From positions 20,026,001-20,090,000 of the forward strand of contig NC_091482.1 of assembly GCF_036971445.1 (NCBI RefSeq): a stretch of DNA of 64,000 nt, read 5' to 3'. Source of the DNA: Narcine bancroftii (taxonomy: Eukaryota). The position numbers and the translations under genes are program-made. Shown here in pieces: positions 39,301 to 49,335 of the stretch. The notes below the pieces were generated by a model. The model was not told the DNA's origin, made no database searches, and worked only from the letters and a program-made list of their open reading frames with translations. Within the stretch, counting starts at the first letter, position 1; the number at the start of each line of letters is the position of its first letter.

Positions 39301-42300
39301 TCCCACTTATAAAGTATAGGTTCTGGTACCTTCTCCCCTATTTTATCCAGCTCTATCCTGGTCCAATCTGGTTTTTCCTTTGTTTGATAAAAAATCTGAT
39401 AGATGTCTTAATTGTGCTGCTCTATAATAATTCTTAAAGTTTGGTAGCTGCAAACCACCTTGTTTGTACCATTCTGTTAATTAATCTAGCGCTATCCTCG
39501 ATTTCCCCCTTTTCCATAAGAATTTCCTTATTATTTTCTTTAGCTCATTGAAGAATTTCTCTGTTAAGGGAATTGGTATCGATTGAAATAGGTATTGTAT
39601 CCTTGGGAAGATGTTCATTTTAATGCAATTTACCCTTCCTATCATTCCCTCCTTATTTTCAGACCTGAAGCAGGGTATCAATCTGAAATGCTGACCACCA
39701 TTTCCCTTCATGGATGGTTGAGTTCTTTCAATAGTTTGTGTTTTTGCTCCTCCTGTTTTAAGACTTTGGAGTTTAGCTTGCTAAAGAATGAAGAAATCTG
39801 TTGTTTTAAAATTGCTCTTGCTTTAGGATCCTGTGCCACCAGAGCTGGTGCAGTTGTTGCAGATGTCACAAGATTCCCTACTAAGGGAGCTATTTCCCAT
39901 TGAAGAAAAAGAGCACAATGACACTAAAGTCCAGAACAAAGCAGTTACCGTGGTCTCTAAGTTTAAGGTCAGTATGAATTAACACTATTAATTTTCTACA
40001 ACGGGTACATAAGATTTTAGTAATTCTATCCTCCATTTTTTTTTCATGCTTTTTCCTGCAGAGTTCACTGGAAAGCCTTATGCGTATTTTGAATAGCAGT
40101 ACACCTCACTACATCAGATGCATAAAACCTAATATGGATTGCAAGCCTCTCCTTTTCAAATCAAAAGAGGTGCAGTACTAGAATAAGCATTTAAAAAAAA
40201 AAAAAAATGCAAGCATTGTTAAAAGCAGAAGTAATATGTTTTGAATTGTTCAAATTAAACTGATGGAACTAATTTGATTTATTACTTCTCCTGGTATGTT
40301 GCCACATCTTGCTGTAGAGCCTGATGACCATGTTTCATTTATAGTAATGTGAAAAGAAAATGCCAATTTCAAGCTTTTTTTGGAGTTAAAATTGTAGTGT
40401 TTTTTTTTCACTATTTACATGTTCTAGAGATTAGTTTTGGGGCAATGCTGCAAAATTTTAAGTGCTGCAAAATTTTTTCTTTGGTAAAGGACAGTTTTTG
40501 AGTTTAATAATTTATCCATGTTGAAGCCAAATGGAAATTTACCCCAAATATTTATGTTGCTTGAACTTATTTTGAGATGAAAATATTCATAAACAAGTTT
40601 TTCTTTCAGATTTTCACTCAGCTGGAAGCCTGTGGTTTAGTTGAAACTGTTAACATAAGTGCGGCTGGGTTCCCCATTAGGTATGTAGTCCATTATCAAT
40701 TTATACTTTTTTATTTTGCAAGATTGAAGTATTGCGTGAAATAGTGTCTTTATCTTATTTCAGCTTTTTACTCGTCCCTAACTTGTCAGCCACAAACGAG
40801 CCTGCAGCTGACGTGGACTTTTACCCCCTCCATAAATCTTCGTCCGCGAAGCCAAGCCAAAGAAGAAGAAAGCAGTGAAACACAATTTAATTATGAGCTA
40901 TTTAATCCTAGACATTTATGAACAACTTAATAGTACAAATTTCTTACTTATATCCTGCCAGATACACAGGAAGTTCTAATTAAATATTAAGGGTGTTTCC
41001 CTTGTGAAAGATTTTTGAATGTAAAGTTGGCATTTCATTTGGCTTATATTTAAAAACTGGAAGGTGTTCAAAATATGTTATTGTGGTAAACCATGTGCTC
41101 TAATATTGTTTTGTAATCTAGGATCCCGTATCAGAATTTTCTGGACCGCTATGGACTGCTGGGAAAATATGGCCAAGTTAATTTACAGAGTCCAGCCATT
41201 ATTAGTTTGCTTACCACAAAAAGGAAAGGTTTGTCAAATCAGTTTTATTTGTGGATTTACAGTAAAATATGAATAGGAGAATCATTTATTTTGCACCACT
41301 AAAATTGTCGTTTTGTGTTCAGCAGTTTTATTTATAGACTTGTTAAAACTGTTAACTTTAATTCTAATAGTATATAATTTGCAATTGATGCTATACTTAT
41401 TGTTTGCAATCTTTCTCTGTTTTCTGTCTCCTAGTTTCTTTCAATTTGACTCTTCAGTTCCTTTACTTTTTTTGCTGACTTCAACTTCCTAATTGACTCG
41501 ACTTTCCTGCAATGTCTGCTCTCTCACATTTTCCTGCAGTGGAGACGGTGTTGCCCTAGAAATGGATATCATTTGCCTTTGCAGATTCATTATCAATAGA
41601 TGGCAGTAGTGAGACTTTGCAGTCTGTTTCACAAGACATTCTCACTAATGTATTAGCTGAGCACAATGTTTCATCGCTCTACAACCTAGATGCAAACAGG
41701 TTATATCGCTCAGTAGTGCACTGTGGCAAAACAAAATTGTTCATGACTCACAGGACGGTAAGTTGTCAAAATTACCTTGAGGGTTTTTCTCAACATTTTC
41801 ATCCGAGCTGCATGAAAATTGGATTGCCCAACCATGCTCACAACATTTTTCCATCAATCAGTGAGATCGTGACTGGTGTTCCGACATAATAGCCCAATAT
41901 TATCCAAATGCCTTTGTTAATTATTCTTTAACAATTTGTTAATTTCACATTTGAAATTAATCATTGAGGATAAGATTCTTGGGTCTTGCCCTCTTATGAA
42001 TGGCCTGATTCTGATCCTAAAATAATGTTGATTTGTTCTCCGGCATTTATAGTGAAGATATCTTGCCACCTAACCTATCAATTACTTGAAAAATCTCCAA
42101 TAAAAGCCATTAAATTGTCCCATAATTTTCTCTGTTTCAGGGTTTAAAGCTTAGATTGTAATTTTATGTCAAAATATGCAATACGTTAAAATTTTAACCA
42201 GGTAATAGCCAATTAAAGATCTAGAAACTTTGATCCTCGAGGTGACGTCATGAGTCACTGCCATCCAGTTCAATTAAACACCATTGACCAAAATCTGTCA

Positions 42301-45300
42301 GAAGCTGTCAGTTAATTCCTAAGCCAGATCAATAATGTGCCTTCAGTGTGGCAAACTTTTGTATTAGCTGGCAGTTTAGAATCTTATCTTAATAGAAGTC
42401 AAAATAAAATGTATTGATTGATGTTACAATGTAGATAATGGCTATCAATACAAGGATAGGGGATGTTATTTGGAAAAACATTACATTAATGTTTTAAAAA
42501 GTTTAAAATCATCTGCATCTCTTTTAGGTTGAACTTCTTGAAAGTGCAAGAAATCAAACGTTGTCCAAAAAGGCACGTTGTATTCAGTGTAGCTGGCGCA
42601 AACACCGCCTTCGAAAAATATCAAGAGCAAGGCAGGCAGCAACTGTCATTCAGGCAGGTAAGCATTGTTCCTTTTCTGCTCACCTGGATAAGAGCTGTAA
42701 AGATGAAATGAAGCACTTTCTACTTCAGGAAATCACTGAAATTAATGAGCAGATATACAGCAAAACCCCCCGGTATCCGGTACCTATGGGCATTGGTAGA
42801 TGTTGGTTAATTGAATTTGAGGTTGCTTGAGATTGCCTATTGCATGGATTGGTGGACTGAACATTCAGGAATGCCAATTTTATAGTTTTGAATTTTTTTT
42901 TTACTCATCCCACTTATAAATAAAGTGCTTCACTGTCTCCTCTTTTATTGAATTCAGATCCATTCAAATCCACAAAGGGAGACTGTTTTCCTCAAAGAAA
43001 TCTTGCTTGTGCTGATAGATACTTAAAATCCAGGGGGTCTAAATCCTCCCAATTTATAGTGCCATGTTAACTTTTCCAGTGCATGTTGTGAACACCAAAT
43101 GCCTTGCACTAAAATACAAGCCTGTTGTTGCTTCACCTAGAAGATTTTGTGTCTCCTACTTAACAACTTAAATGAGATTAAATGCAAAGGGACATCACTA
43201 GGATGTGAAATTATCTATTTTCTTCTGTTCCAGTTAGCTAATTTGCAGTTTGCTTACTGTTGATCTATGACCGCTATATTTGCAACTCACCTAGGAGAAT
43301 GTTAGAGGCCATTATTGCCCCTCGAGCTGTTTGGGTCGCAGTCAATCTGAGCTCTCCTAATTTTCTGCCTTTGACCCATATCCCTTGATCTCCTTCCTTA
43401 TCCTCTTGGGGAGAGTTTCTGATTTTACATTTGAATTTAAAGCAGATCTCCCATTTTTGTTTCACACCTCATTGGTTTGGCTCTCCATTTAAGATGAAGC
43501 CTTTGTTCCGGATTCCCTCTGAAGGAATGGGTCTTCAATGATCACTTCAGTCTAATCTTTTATCTCTTAAATTGTTCAGATATAGCGTCATTTAATCTTC
43601 TAAACTTTCTTTATGCAAGAAATTATTTAATTTAATCCATTAAACTAAATATAATTCTGGCTAATCTCCACTTTTATCTCTCCAAAGCTATTTTATGGTT
43701 TCTAAATTGCAAGGTGCGATGGAAATCTAACCAAAGTTCTGTACAACTGAACAATAATTTAGAAACCCTTTGCCTTCTAATTCTCTTGAATAATTATAAA
43801 AAAAAAATTGTTCCTGTATCTTAATTTCAAATTATGTTTAAATGTGACTGCAAACATCGTGTTGTTCTTCCACAGTTCATAATGTTTTTTCCCTAATCTG
43901 GAGTGCTATCAAATTAATCCTGCTGCTTGCTTACAAACTTTTAGTCAGTGGATTGGAAATCAAAGAATCTGGAAAATCATCCATTTGAAATCTGAAAGAC
44001 GGTTAAATTAATTGTACCATGTTTAAAGTTGCAATAAAACGTTGCTGGTCTTTCAATAATTCCTATTTCCAGATTGATGAATATTCAGAAAATTATGTTC
44101 TCAGCATTATATTCAATGAAAACCAGAAAATGACAAATAATCCAGTTTATTTGACAGGTGACCACTTCTATCTCTTCAGAACTAAATGAAAAGCGAAAAG
44201 CATTCCTCAGTGTATTTATAAGGCAGCTGTATCCTTCACCTCATCTGCTCTCAATTCAAACTTAATTTTTATTATTTTCCTTTCCTCTATTAAAAGGTTA
44301 AACCATTGTCTTAGTGTCTATTAATCTTATTTCTTGAACAACAACTTTACACCACCTTTCACCTATAGGCACAGGCATAAAAGGACTTCTAATGTTGACT
44401 TAATATTGAACATATAAGATTTTTAAAATAAAAATTAGTCATTTTAAAGGTTTGCCTTCTTAATAGTTGGAGAACTTCACTGGATAGTGCATTTCACACA
44501 TTATTACAAGCTTATTGTTTATTCCTTTCATTCCTCATAGCTGTTAGATCCTGGTTGGCCAGACGGTGGATTAAGAAACTCAGTCAGGCTGCCATGGTGC
44601 TTCAAAGAGCATGGAAAGCTTGGAAGGTGAGTTAAAAATTGGATTCCAGCATCTGGTTTAACTGTGTTGCATAATGACACTGAAAGCCAATCCTTAAATT
44701 AATAAAATGTTAAATTGATCACTAAATTTTAAAATATATTTAAAATTTTATATAAAAATAGCAATCTGAGAATAGCCAAATTAAATTGATCAGAAATTTA
44801 AAAAAAGCACACAAAATGCCGGAAATACTCAGCTTGTCAGCAGCATGTGAAAATAAATACTTAATGTTTTGAATTAAAGGTGTCTCATTGAAACTGCTGA
44901 TAGAAGATATTTAACATTAAATGTTACCTCTCGATCTCTCCACACAGTTATTCAGATTTTTCTGCTTTTATTCCTGATTTCTAGTATCTGTTTTCGGACT
45001 AGGTTTGATCAGGCCTCGTGTTGAACATATTTGCAGCATGAGAACCTTTTTTGAAATATTTGGAGTGTCTTAGCAAATGACCACAAAATAAATATTAGCA
45101 TTCATATGTAATAGGTCCCTATTGCTAAGTCCTCAATATTTGAAATGTTAAAAAGCATTGTTGCAAACTTTGGCTTTCTCAGGGATGCTCACAAAATTGG
45201 CATTTGGAGAGAATGGTTATAATGCACTGCATAAATTCACATCTACTGGCTTATTTTTGAACTGTTCTTTCCATGGAAAAGGGGTTTTTGCAGCAAATTG

Positions 45301-48300
45301 GAGGTTAGCATTTAATAGTAAATTATATAGCATACAAAATCTGCCTATTCAGCAAGTTTAAAGAAAGAACAAAATAGAACATAAAAATCTGCAATGATTT
45401 CCAATAAAACCATGGTATAGTAGAATTCCGTTTATCCAAAATGGTTGGAACCGGGCCTATTGTCAGATAAACAATTTTTCTTGGGAGAACTGGTCATTTT
45501 TTTTAAAAACAGCCTAGTAGCAGCAGCAAATCACTTGTATGAATGTTTAAAGAACAACAAATAACCAGGGAAGGCTTTTAAGCATAAAAATGTTTATTTC
45601 TCACCCAAAAAAAATGCTGTCCATAACACCGCTGATCACCGACATAAACCCAATGCCGCCATTGATCACTGAGACCTCCCAACAGCCACTGCTGATTATT
45701 ATTTCCCTCCCTCCCTCCCCCCACCCCCCCCAAACCATGACACGTCCCTACTGATCCCCAGGGAGGCATCTCAGGCCGGTGGAACACTCACTAGCGAGTC
45801 GGCAGGCTCCTGTCTCCCCAGTCCGGAGCTCCCGATGCTGGAGTCCCAACTCCAAATCCTCCGCTAGGCATACTACACACGCGCACTAGTAGACCGAGGG
45901 GAGGGTTTGATGTCAGGGTCCAATGTGCCGAGGAGGGAGAGAGCGAAGGGGAAAGAATGCCACTGAGGCTGAGGTCCCACTCCTGGCCAGGAGACCACGC
46001 TCCTTGAAGACGCCGGGGACAAGAGATTCTTCAGACCACTTGCAGCTGGGAGACAGCAGCATGCAGTTTGAGAAGGCGAGTTGGAGAGAAAAGTCAATAG
46101 GGGAAGGTAAAGAAGAAATGGATCAAGAGAGAGGAGGGCGTTACCTGAAACTAGGACAATCGTTCTAATTTCATATCGAGTTAATTTTTTTCAACCTTTG
46201 AGGTCAGTTTGGCTCCAAAAAATGTTTGGATAAATGAGAGTTTCTGATTAATTTTGAATATCTTCATTGATTCATAATTTAATATTTCTATTTGGATAAA
46301 TGAGGATTTCGGAGAATCCGATTTCAGATGATTGGAGTTGCCCTATAATTTCTATTGATGTGTATATTAAGTGGAGGATAGTGGTGTATAATGCTGCACA
46401 AAATCCATACCAATTATTTATAACAGTGTGAATTGTAGATTTGTTCAACAGTTGAATTGGTTAAATTTTACTCTGCCTGGGAATAGCATGTAGACCAAAG
46501 GAAAAACATTAATCAATTACAGTAAAATCTTATCCATGTGAAGTGTAATTATGAGCTGACTTTTGTATGGTGCTGTTTTGTGTAGAAGTTGTTGATTCCC
46601 TATTCCCTTGATCCATGTATCACTTTACAATGGAGCAGTATTGCAAGACTGTAATATTAATCCTTTTGTTTAAATTCATTTGTGATTTCCTAAAATAACC
46701 AGATGCTATACAAATGTAAGATTTTTTAGTTGTATGGAGCTATTGCAATTTTTAAATGAACTAGAAAGGCAAATGACCTTAATATTGATTCAGAAAAAAG
46801 ACAAAGTTGTCTAGTGATTGTACTGTACCCGAATGAGACATGCTGATGTGAGAGAGCCATCAAATAAGCTGCATAAACTAATTGTACTTCTATTCAAAAC
46901 CTATTTATAGGTTAAAATGGCAACATTGGCAGAAGAGGAATTGGACGATACTGCATACTTTAAAGAAATGGAATTCATTCCACGTTCTTCTAAATGCTCA
47001 TCTTTATCACTGACACGACATGATTCACCGCATAAGCATTCTCAATCTATTCAGTTTCAAACTCTAAAATTGTACTCCTGGCCTCTGGGTCTGATTCTGT
47101 CACCTTTTTGCATTACTGGAATGATTCCATCTGCATTTGAAATTCTTAAGACTTTTACACGACTGGCAACCTTGAAGATGAAATGGAAAAATAACCATAA
47201 ATTGGAACATAATCAATCTCATCAGGGTATTGCTTCTATTAGAGCATTACCCGAGGTAAGTGTAATGCTGCATTTCAAATTTGTAATACTATATTTGGGA
47301 GCGATATGCTAAATGTGAAACTAAAAATTAGATCAGGCATTCCTCTAGATGTGTTCAGCAAATCTGGTCACAAAAAAGACCACAAAGATGGTCAAAATCC
47401 AGTGTGAAGCAACAATAGGACGATTGGACCCAGAAACTGAGGTAAAATTGGATTTGCATAACTCCTGAAGAGCCCTTGATAAATTGAGCACAGTGCCCTT
47501 AAAAGGTATACTTTCCAAGATAAAAGGGTAGAGGGTTTAAAAGAGAAGGAAATGTCTCCAGGAGTAAGAATTGAACAAGGAGAAAATAAATCATTTTCTC
47601 ATTTTGTGGGTCAGCATTTATCTATCATCCGTCCATCATTGCCTTCAAACGGCTCTGAGCTACTACCTTGAGCTGATGTGTTCCTTTTAGTGCAGATACT
47701 CCAGCAATGCTTTGAGTAGTGTTCCAACATTTGTGTAAGAACAGCCTAGGCAAGTAATTGTGTGGTCTTTTTTAAAAGTCGTTGTACACTAATTATACAA
47801 CTAATTTATTATCATAAATTATTGGTGGGTGGAGTTAATATAAGAGGTGATGTTCAAGTTTATTGTCATTGACTGTTTGGCAAGACTGGAAGTAGTTGGT
47901 AGATGCGCTTTGCTGTGCTTGCTCAAAGCACTTCATGATCATGGAGGTCAATGCCACTGGACATAGTATAATCGAGTTGTCTATTTTGTTCTGGATGGTG
48001 TTGATCATTTTAAGATTTGTTGGAAATGCTTGAAGTGGAAATTATTCCATATCACATTCACAATTTGTGCCTTGTGGGTGTCAGAAAGCAAGTGACTATC
48101 TGCAGGACACCCATCCTCTGAGCTCTCTTGTAGCCACCATATTTATGCAGCTGAATCAGTAGAATTTCTGATATTGAAAAGGGGATTTAAAAAAAAAAAG
48201 AGAGGATAGGAGGTGGATTAGAAGAAGGGAATGTGGGAAACCATTTTATTTTAAATTTATACATGCAGTATGGTAACAGGCCCGTTAAGTCTAAGTTCCC

Positions 48301-49335
48301 CTGCCGCCCAATTACACCCAATTGACAACCTACAACCCCTAGTTCGTTGTGAAAGGTGGGAGGAAACTGGAACCCCTGGGGAAAACACACGCAGACGTGG
48401 GGAGAATGTACAAACACCTTACAGCGTGGAATTTGAATGTTGTCCCGATTGCTTGTCCTATCCACTAACCACTATACAAGCCGTGCTGCCCACGGTTTTG
48501 TTCCCTTTCCCATACTATAATCACCTATTTTTCATTCCGTCCCTCTAGCTTCCACCAACCAAATTATCCAAGCATTTCATCCACATCTGATTTTCCTGCC
48601 CTTGACCGCTTCCCTAATTGTTTCCATTATCATCTTCCTGGATTATCAGATTTTTCACTGGCAGCCCTTCTGCTCATGCTTAGCAGCCTCCACCTTCACT
48701 CCCTTCCTTCCCTCTCCCCATGTCCTTTGTTTCTTTTCTCTGCTTCCACCTGCCTCTGTCTCCCATCCCACACCCACCTGCAGTTCCATCTGTCCATACC
48801 TCATGATCCTCAGATCACCTCTCATCTATTGGCCACTATCTCATTTCCCCACCCCCTCCCCAAACTAATTTCCTTCTACAGTCTCAAGTTCTGATGCAGG
48901 GTCTCACTGTTGACAATTCCTTCTCAACTTCCCTGTTTTCCTCTCCCTATAAATGCAGCTCGACCCATGAAGTTCCTCAAGTAGTTTGGTTTGTTGCTTC
49001 AGATTCCAGCATCTGCAGTAAATTGTCTTCAGGAGGCATTAATGGGGACTTGTCTGGCAATTGGAATTTCACCTGGGATGGATCATTACTTTGGTCTAAC
49101 CTTACCAAATTTTTAATTTTAATATATTTACTTCCTTAAAAAGTACCTGTATGATTTAGTTTCTAAGCATAAATATTTAATGTGATCTATTACATCTCAA
49201 TTTTACTTTTTTTTCCCCTAGGTGCAAATAAAGTTCCATTGTAAACGATCTCCATTGCTTTTTGCGGACATCTATCCAGAACACCAAAAGTGCATGATCG
49301 TTGGCTTTAACCAGATCTTATTGGAAAAGGTGTAA
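9286..49335 (+). CDS. MYO19: Unconventional myosin-XIX, whole gene span (24 coding exons, about 977 aa)
   Basis: Exons join in frame with GT-AG boundaries and matching phases (2934 nt incl. stop). Contains [42 protein letters not shown], three IQ motifs and MYO19-type tail motifs WPLG and [22 protein letters not shown]. Adjacent to ZNHIT3 as in human. Confidence 0.97.
9305..10003 (+). repeat. Polypurine (G/A) low-complexity tract at the start of MYO19 intron 1
   Basis: Almost exclusively G and A over about 700 nt (including the gap). Confidence 0.95.
9406..9622. other. Assembly gap inside the GA-rich tract
   Basis: Run of N. Confidence 0.99.
10507..11961. mobile_element. Fold-back (palindromic) non-autonomous Tc1-like DNA transposon, IR/DR type
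   Basis: TA|CAGTGCCCTCC ... GGAAGGTACTG|TA ends; long inverted arms (about 10550-10900 vs 11570-11925); left arm encodes a Tc1 transposase N-terminus ([27 protein letters not shown]). Confidence 0.85.
11092..11308 (-). mobile_element. Solo LTR (217 bp) inserted in the Tc1 arm
   Basis: TGT...ACA termini; 5-bp TSD AGGAG (11087-11091 and 11309-11313); CCAAT box, TATA-like and AATAAA signals in order on the - strand. Confidence 0.8.
12590..13057 (-). mobile_element. 3' end of an L1/Tx1-like LINE (second subfamily)
   Basis: Minus strand encodes ...[22 protein letters not shown]..., then a 3' UTR and an A-rich tail. Confidence 0.6.
13070..16110 (-). mobile_element. L1/Tx1-like LINE with 5' UTR, ORF1 and ORF2 endonuclease; most of ORF2 (RT) internally deleted
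   Basis: ORF1 remnants (start about 15966; [22 protein letters not shown]); APE endonuclease ([29 protein letters not shown]) joined directly to the ORF2 C-terminus ([16 protein letters not shown]). Confidence 0.9.
16253..16403 (+). CDS. MYO19: MYO19 coding exon 2 (TNGFKD...[13 protein letters not shown])
   Basis: ttttcag|ACT...ACAG|gtatct; matches human DDLTRVNPVT. Confidence 0.93.
17191..19620 (-). mobile_element. 5'-truncated L1/Tx1-like LINE (RT through 3' UTR)
   Basis: [23 protein letters not shown] and RCFCCK motifs; same family as 13070-16110. Confidence 0.92.
19839..20529. mobile_element. Tigger/pogo-like MITE, family A (uninterrupted copy)
   Basis: Degenerate CAGTAAAACCCC-type inverted ends; colinear with 31236-33483 and 42758-42900. 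Confidence 0.6.
20643..20791 (+). CDS. MYO19: MYO19 coding exon 3 (VLKCLWARY...[15 protein letters not shown]...QLR)
   Basis: ctcctag acceptor, gtaact donor; conserved [14 protein letters not shown]. Confidence 0.95.
21233..21346 (+). CDS. MYO19: MYO19 coding exon 4 (ELKPHIF...[15 protein letters not shown]-loop)
   Basis: ctttag acceptor, gtaaga donor; myosin P-loop. Confidence 0.97.
21782..21914 (+). CDS. MYO19: MYO19 coding exon 5 (TWTSRCLM...SNPVMEAFG)
   Basis: tttttcag acceptor, gtagtg donor; conserved SNPVMEAFG. Confidence 0.96.
22388..22593 (+). mobile_element. RTE-clade LINE 3' fragment
   Basis: Near-identical to the reverse complement of 26737-26955 apart from two small deletions. 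Confidence 0.9.
23245..24045 (+). mobile_element. Rex/Babar-type LINE 3' fragment
   Basis: [29 protein letters not shown] and LPSG.RY remnants, then a 3' UTR. Confidence 0.75.
24183..24252 (+). CDS. MYO19: MYO19 coding exon 6 ([23 protein letters not shown], switch I)
   Basis: ttcatag acceptor, gtaatt donor. Confidence 0.96.
24772..25003 (-). mobile_element. tRNA-derived SINE (HE1/V-SINE-like)
   Basis: Minus strand: ggcagcacag..tggttagc (A box) ...aatcc (B box), then the V-SINE-like core tgtaaggagtttgtatattcttccc..gggttttccctgggtgctc.ggtttcctccc. Confidence 0.7.
25120..25222 (+). CDS. MYO19: MYO19 coding exon 7 ([19 protein letters not shown]...ERNFHIFYQ)
   Basis: tttctag acceptor, gttgga donor; YLLEKTRV and ERNFHIFYQ motifs. 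Confidence 0.96.
25385..25700 (-). mobile_element. Rex/Babar-type LINE RT fragment
   Basis: [32 protein letters not shown] and [12 protein letters not shown]. Confidence 0.75.
26737..27791 (-). mobile_element. Young 5'-truncated RTE-clade (BovB-like) LINE with TSD
   Basis: Uninterrupted frame from LLFADDAAL to the C-terminal [18 protein letters not shown]; (GAA)n tail; 9-bp TSD GCTAAAGCT at 26728-26736 and 27792-27800. Confidence 0.95.
27850..27946 (+). CDS. MYO19: MYO19 coding exon 8 ([13 protein letters not shown]...[11 protein letters not shown])
   Basis: tttcctcag acceptor, gttaga donor; aligns to human ICKGASEDERLQW...FSWLPNPERSLE. Confidence 0.93.
28481..28557 (+). CDS. MYO19: MYO19 coding exon 9 ([26 protein letters not shown])
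   Basis: ttctgcag acceptor, gtacgt donor. Confidence 0.94.
29033..29123 (+). CDS. MYO19: MYO19 coding exon 10 ([13 protein letters not shown]...)
   Basis: ttccatag acceptor, gtaaga donor; LLHLGN motif. Confidence 0.95.
29322..29493 (+). CDS. MYO19: MYO19 coding exon 11 (...[16 protein letters not shown]...[11 protein letters not shown])
   Basis: cctttag acceptor, gtaggt donor; matches human RTIRAGRQQQVFRKPC. Confidence 0.95.
30362..30435 (+). CDS. MYO19: MYO19 coding exon 12 ([14 protein letters not shown]...WTNFI)
   Basis: attacag acceptor, gtatgt donor; FDWLV motif. Confidence 0.95.
30590..31230 (-). mobile_element. Degraded CR1-like LINE 3' fragment
   Basis: [20 protein letters not shown] remnant. 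Confidence 0.55.
31432..32180. mobile_element. Second Tigger/pogo-like MITE nested in family A (contains an L1-like 3' UTR piece at about 31820-32120)
   Basis: Inverted ends AGGT..CC.CAACTTACGACC / GGTCGCAAGTTG..TACCTG|TA. Confidence 0.55.
32552..33367. mobile_element. Probable solo LTR (about 816 bp)
   Basis: TG...CA termini with GTGT duplicated on both sides; the empty site gtgt-tacttcag is seen in the sibling MITE at about 20375. Confidence 0.6.
34758..34879 (+). CDS. MYO19: MYO19 coding exon 13 ([11 protein letters not shown]...[26 protein letters not shown], switch II/relay)
   Basis: ctggcag acceptor, gtactt donor. Confidence 0.97.
35396..35509 (+). CDS. MYO19: MYO19 coding exon 14 ([27 protein letters not shown]...SLLNE)
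   Basis: ctttcag acceptor, gtcagt donor. Confidence 0.96.
35990..36610 (+). mobile_element. Degraded CR1-like LINE fragment
   Basis: SDHNSISF and KEN.KEFYMY.KSKR remnants typical of the CR1 endonuclease-RT linker. Confidence 0.55.
36755..36931 (+). CDS. MYO19: MYO19 coding exon 15 (ESRLNRSS...[12 protein letters not shown]...EKNK)
   Basis: ctccgtag acceptor, gtaaga donor; HYAG and EKNK motifs. Confidence 0.96.
37170..37865 (-). mobile_element. Penelope-like element 3' fragment
   Basis: Minus strand [18 protein letters not shown] (GIY-YIG C-terminal-like), followed by a pyrimidine-rich terminal region. Confidence 0.55.
37996..39640 (-). mobile_element. 5'-truncated L1/Tx1-like LINE (ORF2 C-terminal half plus 3' UTR)
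   Basis: [25 protein letters not shown] and [15 protein letters not shown]; same family as 17191-19620. Confidence 0.92.
39827..39967 (+). CDS. MYO19: MYO19 coding exon 16 ([12 protein letters not shown]...TVVSKFK)
   Basis: gctttag acceptor, gtcagt donor. Confidence 0.95.
40062..40169 (+). CDS. MYO19: MYO19 coding exon 17 ([24 protein letters not shown]...)
   Basis: cctgcag acceptor, gtgcag donor; [10 protein letters not shown] motif; follows a 94-nt intron. Confidence 0.96.
40610..40680 (+). CDS. MYO19: MYO19 coding exon 18 ([24 protein letters not shown])
   Basis: ctttcag acceptor, gtatgt donor; SH2/SH1 helix region. Confidence 0.96.
40781..40870 (+). mobile_element. RTE-clade LINE 3' tip with (GAA)n tail
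   Basis: Matches the 3' end of the 26737-27791 element. Confidence 0.9.
41122..41228 (+). CDS. MYO19: MYO19 coding exon 19 ([15 protein letters not shown]...)
   Basis: aatctag acceptor, gtttgt donor; converter F..RY motif; phases fit. Confidence 0.88.
41585..41757 (+). CDS. MYO19: MYO19 coding exon 20 (...QDILTNVL...[14 protein letters not shown])
   Basis: ctttgcag acceptor, gtaagt donor; HCGKTKLFM matches human HCGRTKVFM. Confidence 0.9.
42528..42657 (+). CDS. MYO19: MYO19 coding exon 21 (VELLESAR...IQCSWRKHR...IQA; IQ1 and start of IQ2)
   Basis: cttttag acceptor, gtaagc donor. Confidence 0.95.
44541..44626 (+). CDS. MYO19: MYO19 coding exon 22 ([29 protein letters not shown]; IQ2/IQ3)
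   Basis: ctcatag acceptor, gtgagt donor. Confidence 0.95.
45418..46344. mobile_element. Tigger/pogo-like MITE, family C
   Basis: Subterminal TTATCCAAAA / GGATAA inverted motifs; shares its left about 250 bp and its right end with 55679-56038. Confidence 0.55.
46911..47255 (+). CDS. MYO19: MYO19 coding exon 23 ([12 protein letters not shown]...SWPLGLIL...SIRALPE; mitochondrial-targeting tail)
   Basis: tttatag acceptor, gtaagt donor; WPLG and SIRALP motifs. Confidence 0.94.
48240..48495 (-). mobile_element. tRNA-derived SINE (HE1/V-SINE-like)
   Basis: Same family as 24772-25003 (tgtaaggtgtttgtacattctccccacgtctgcgtg..tttccccagggg..ccagtttcctcccac). Confidence 0.7.
49222..49335 (+). CDS. MYO19: MYO19 last coding exon ([20 protein letters not shown]...[10 protein letters not shown])
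   Basis: ttcccctag acceptor; TAA at 49333-49335; matches human IKFHCRKSPL...GFNQILLE. Confidence 0.93.
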   Translation: MQIKFHCKRSPLLFADIYPEHQKCMIVGFNQILLEKV

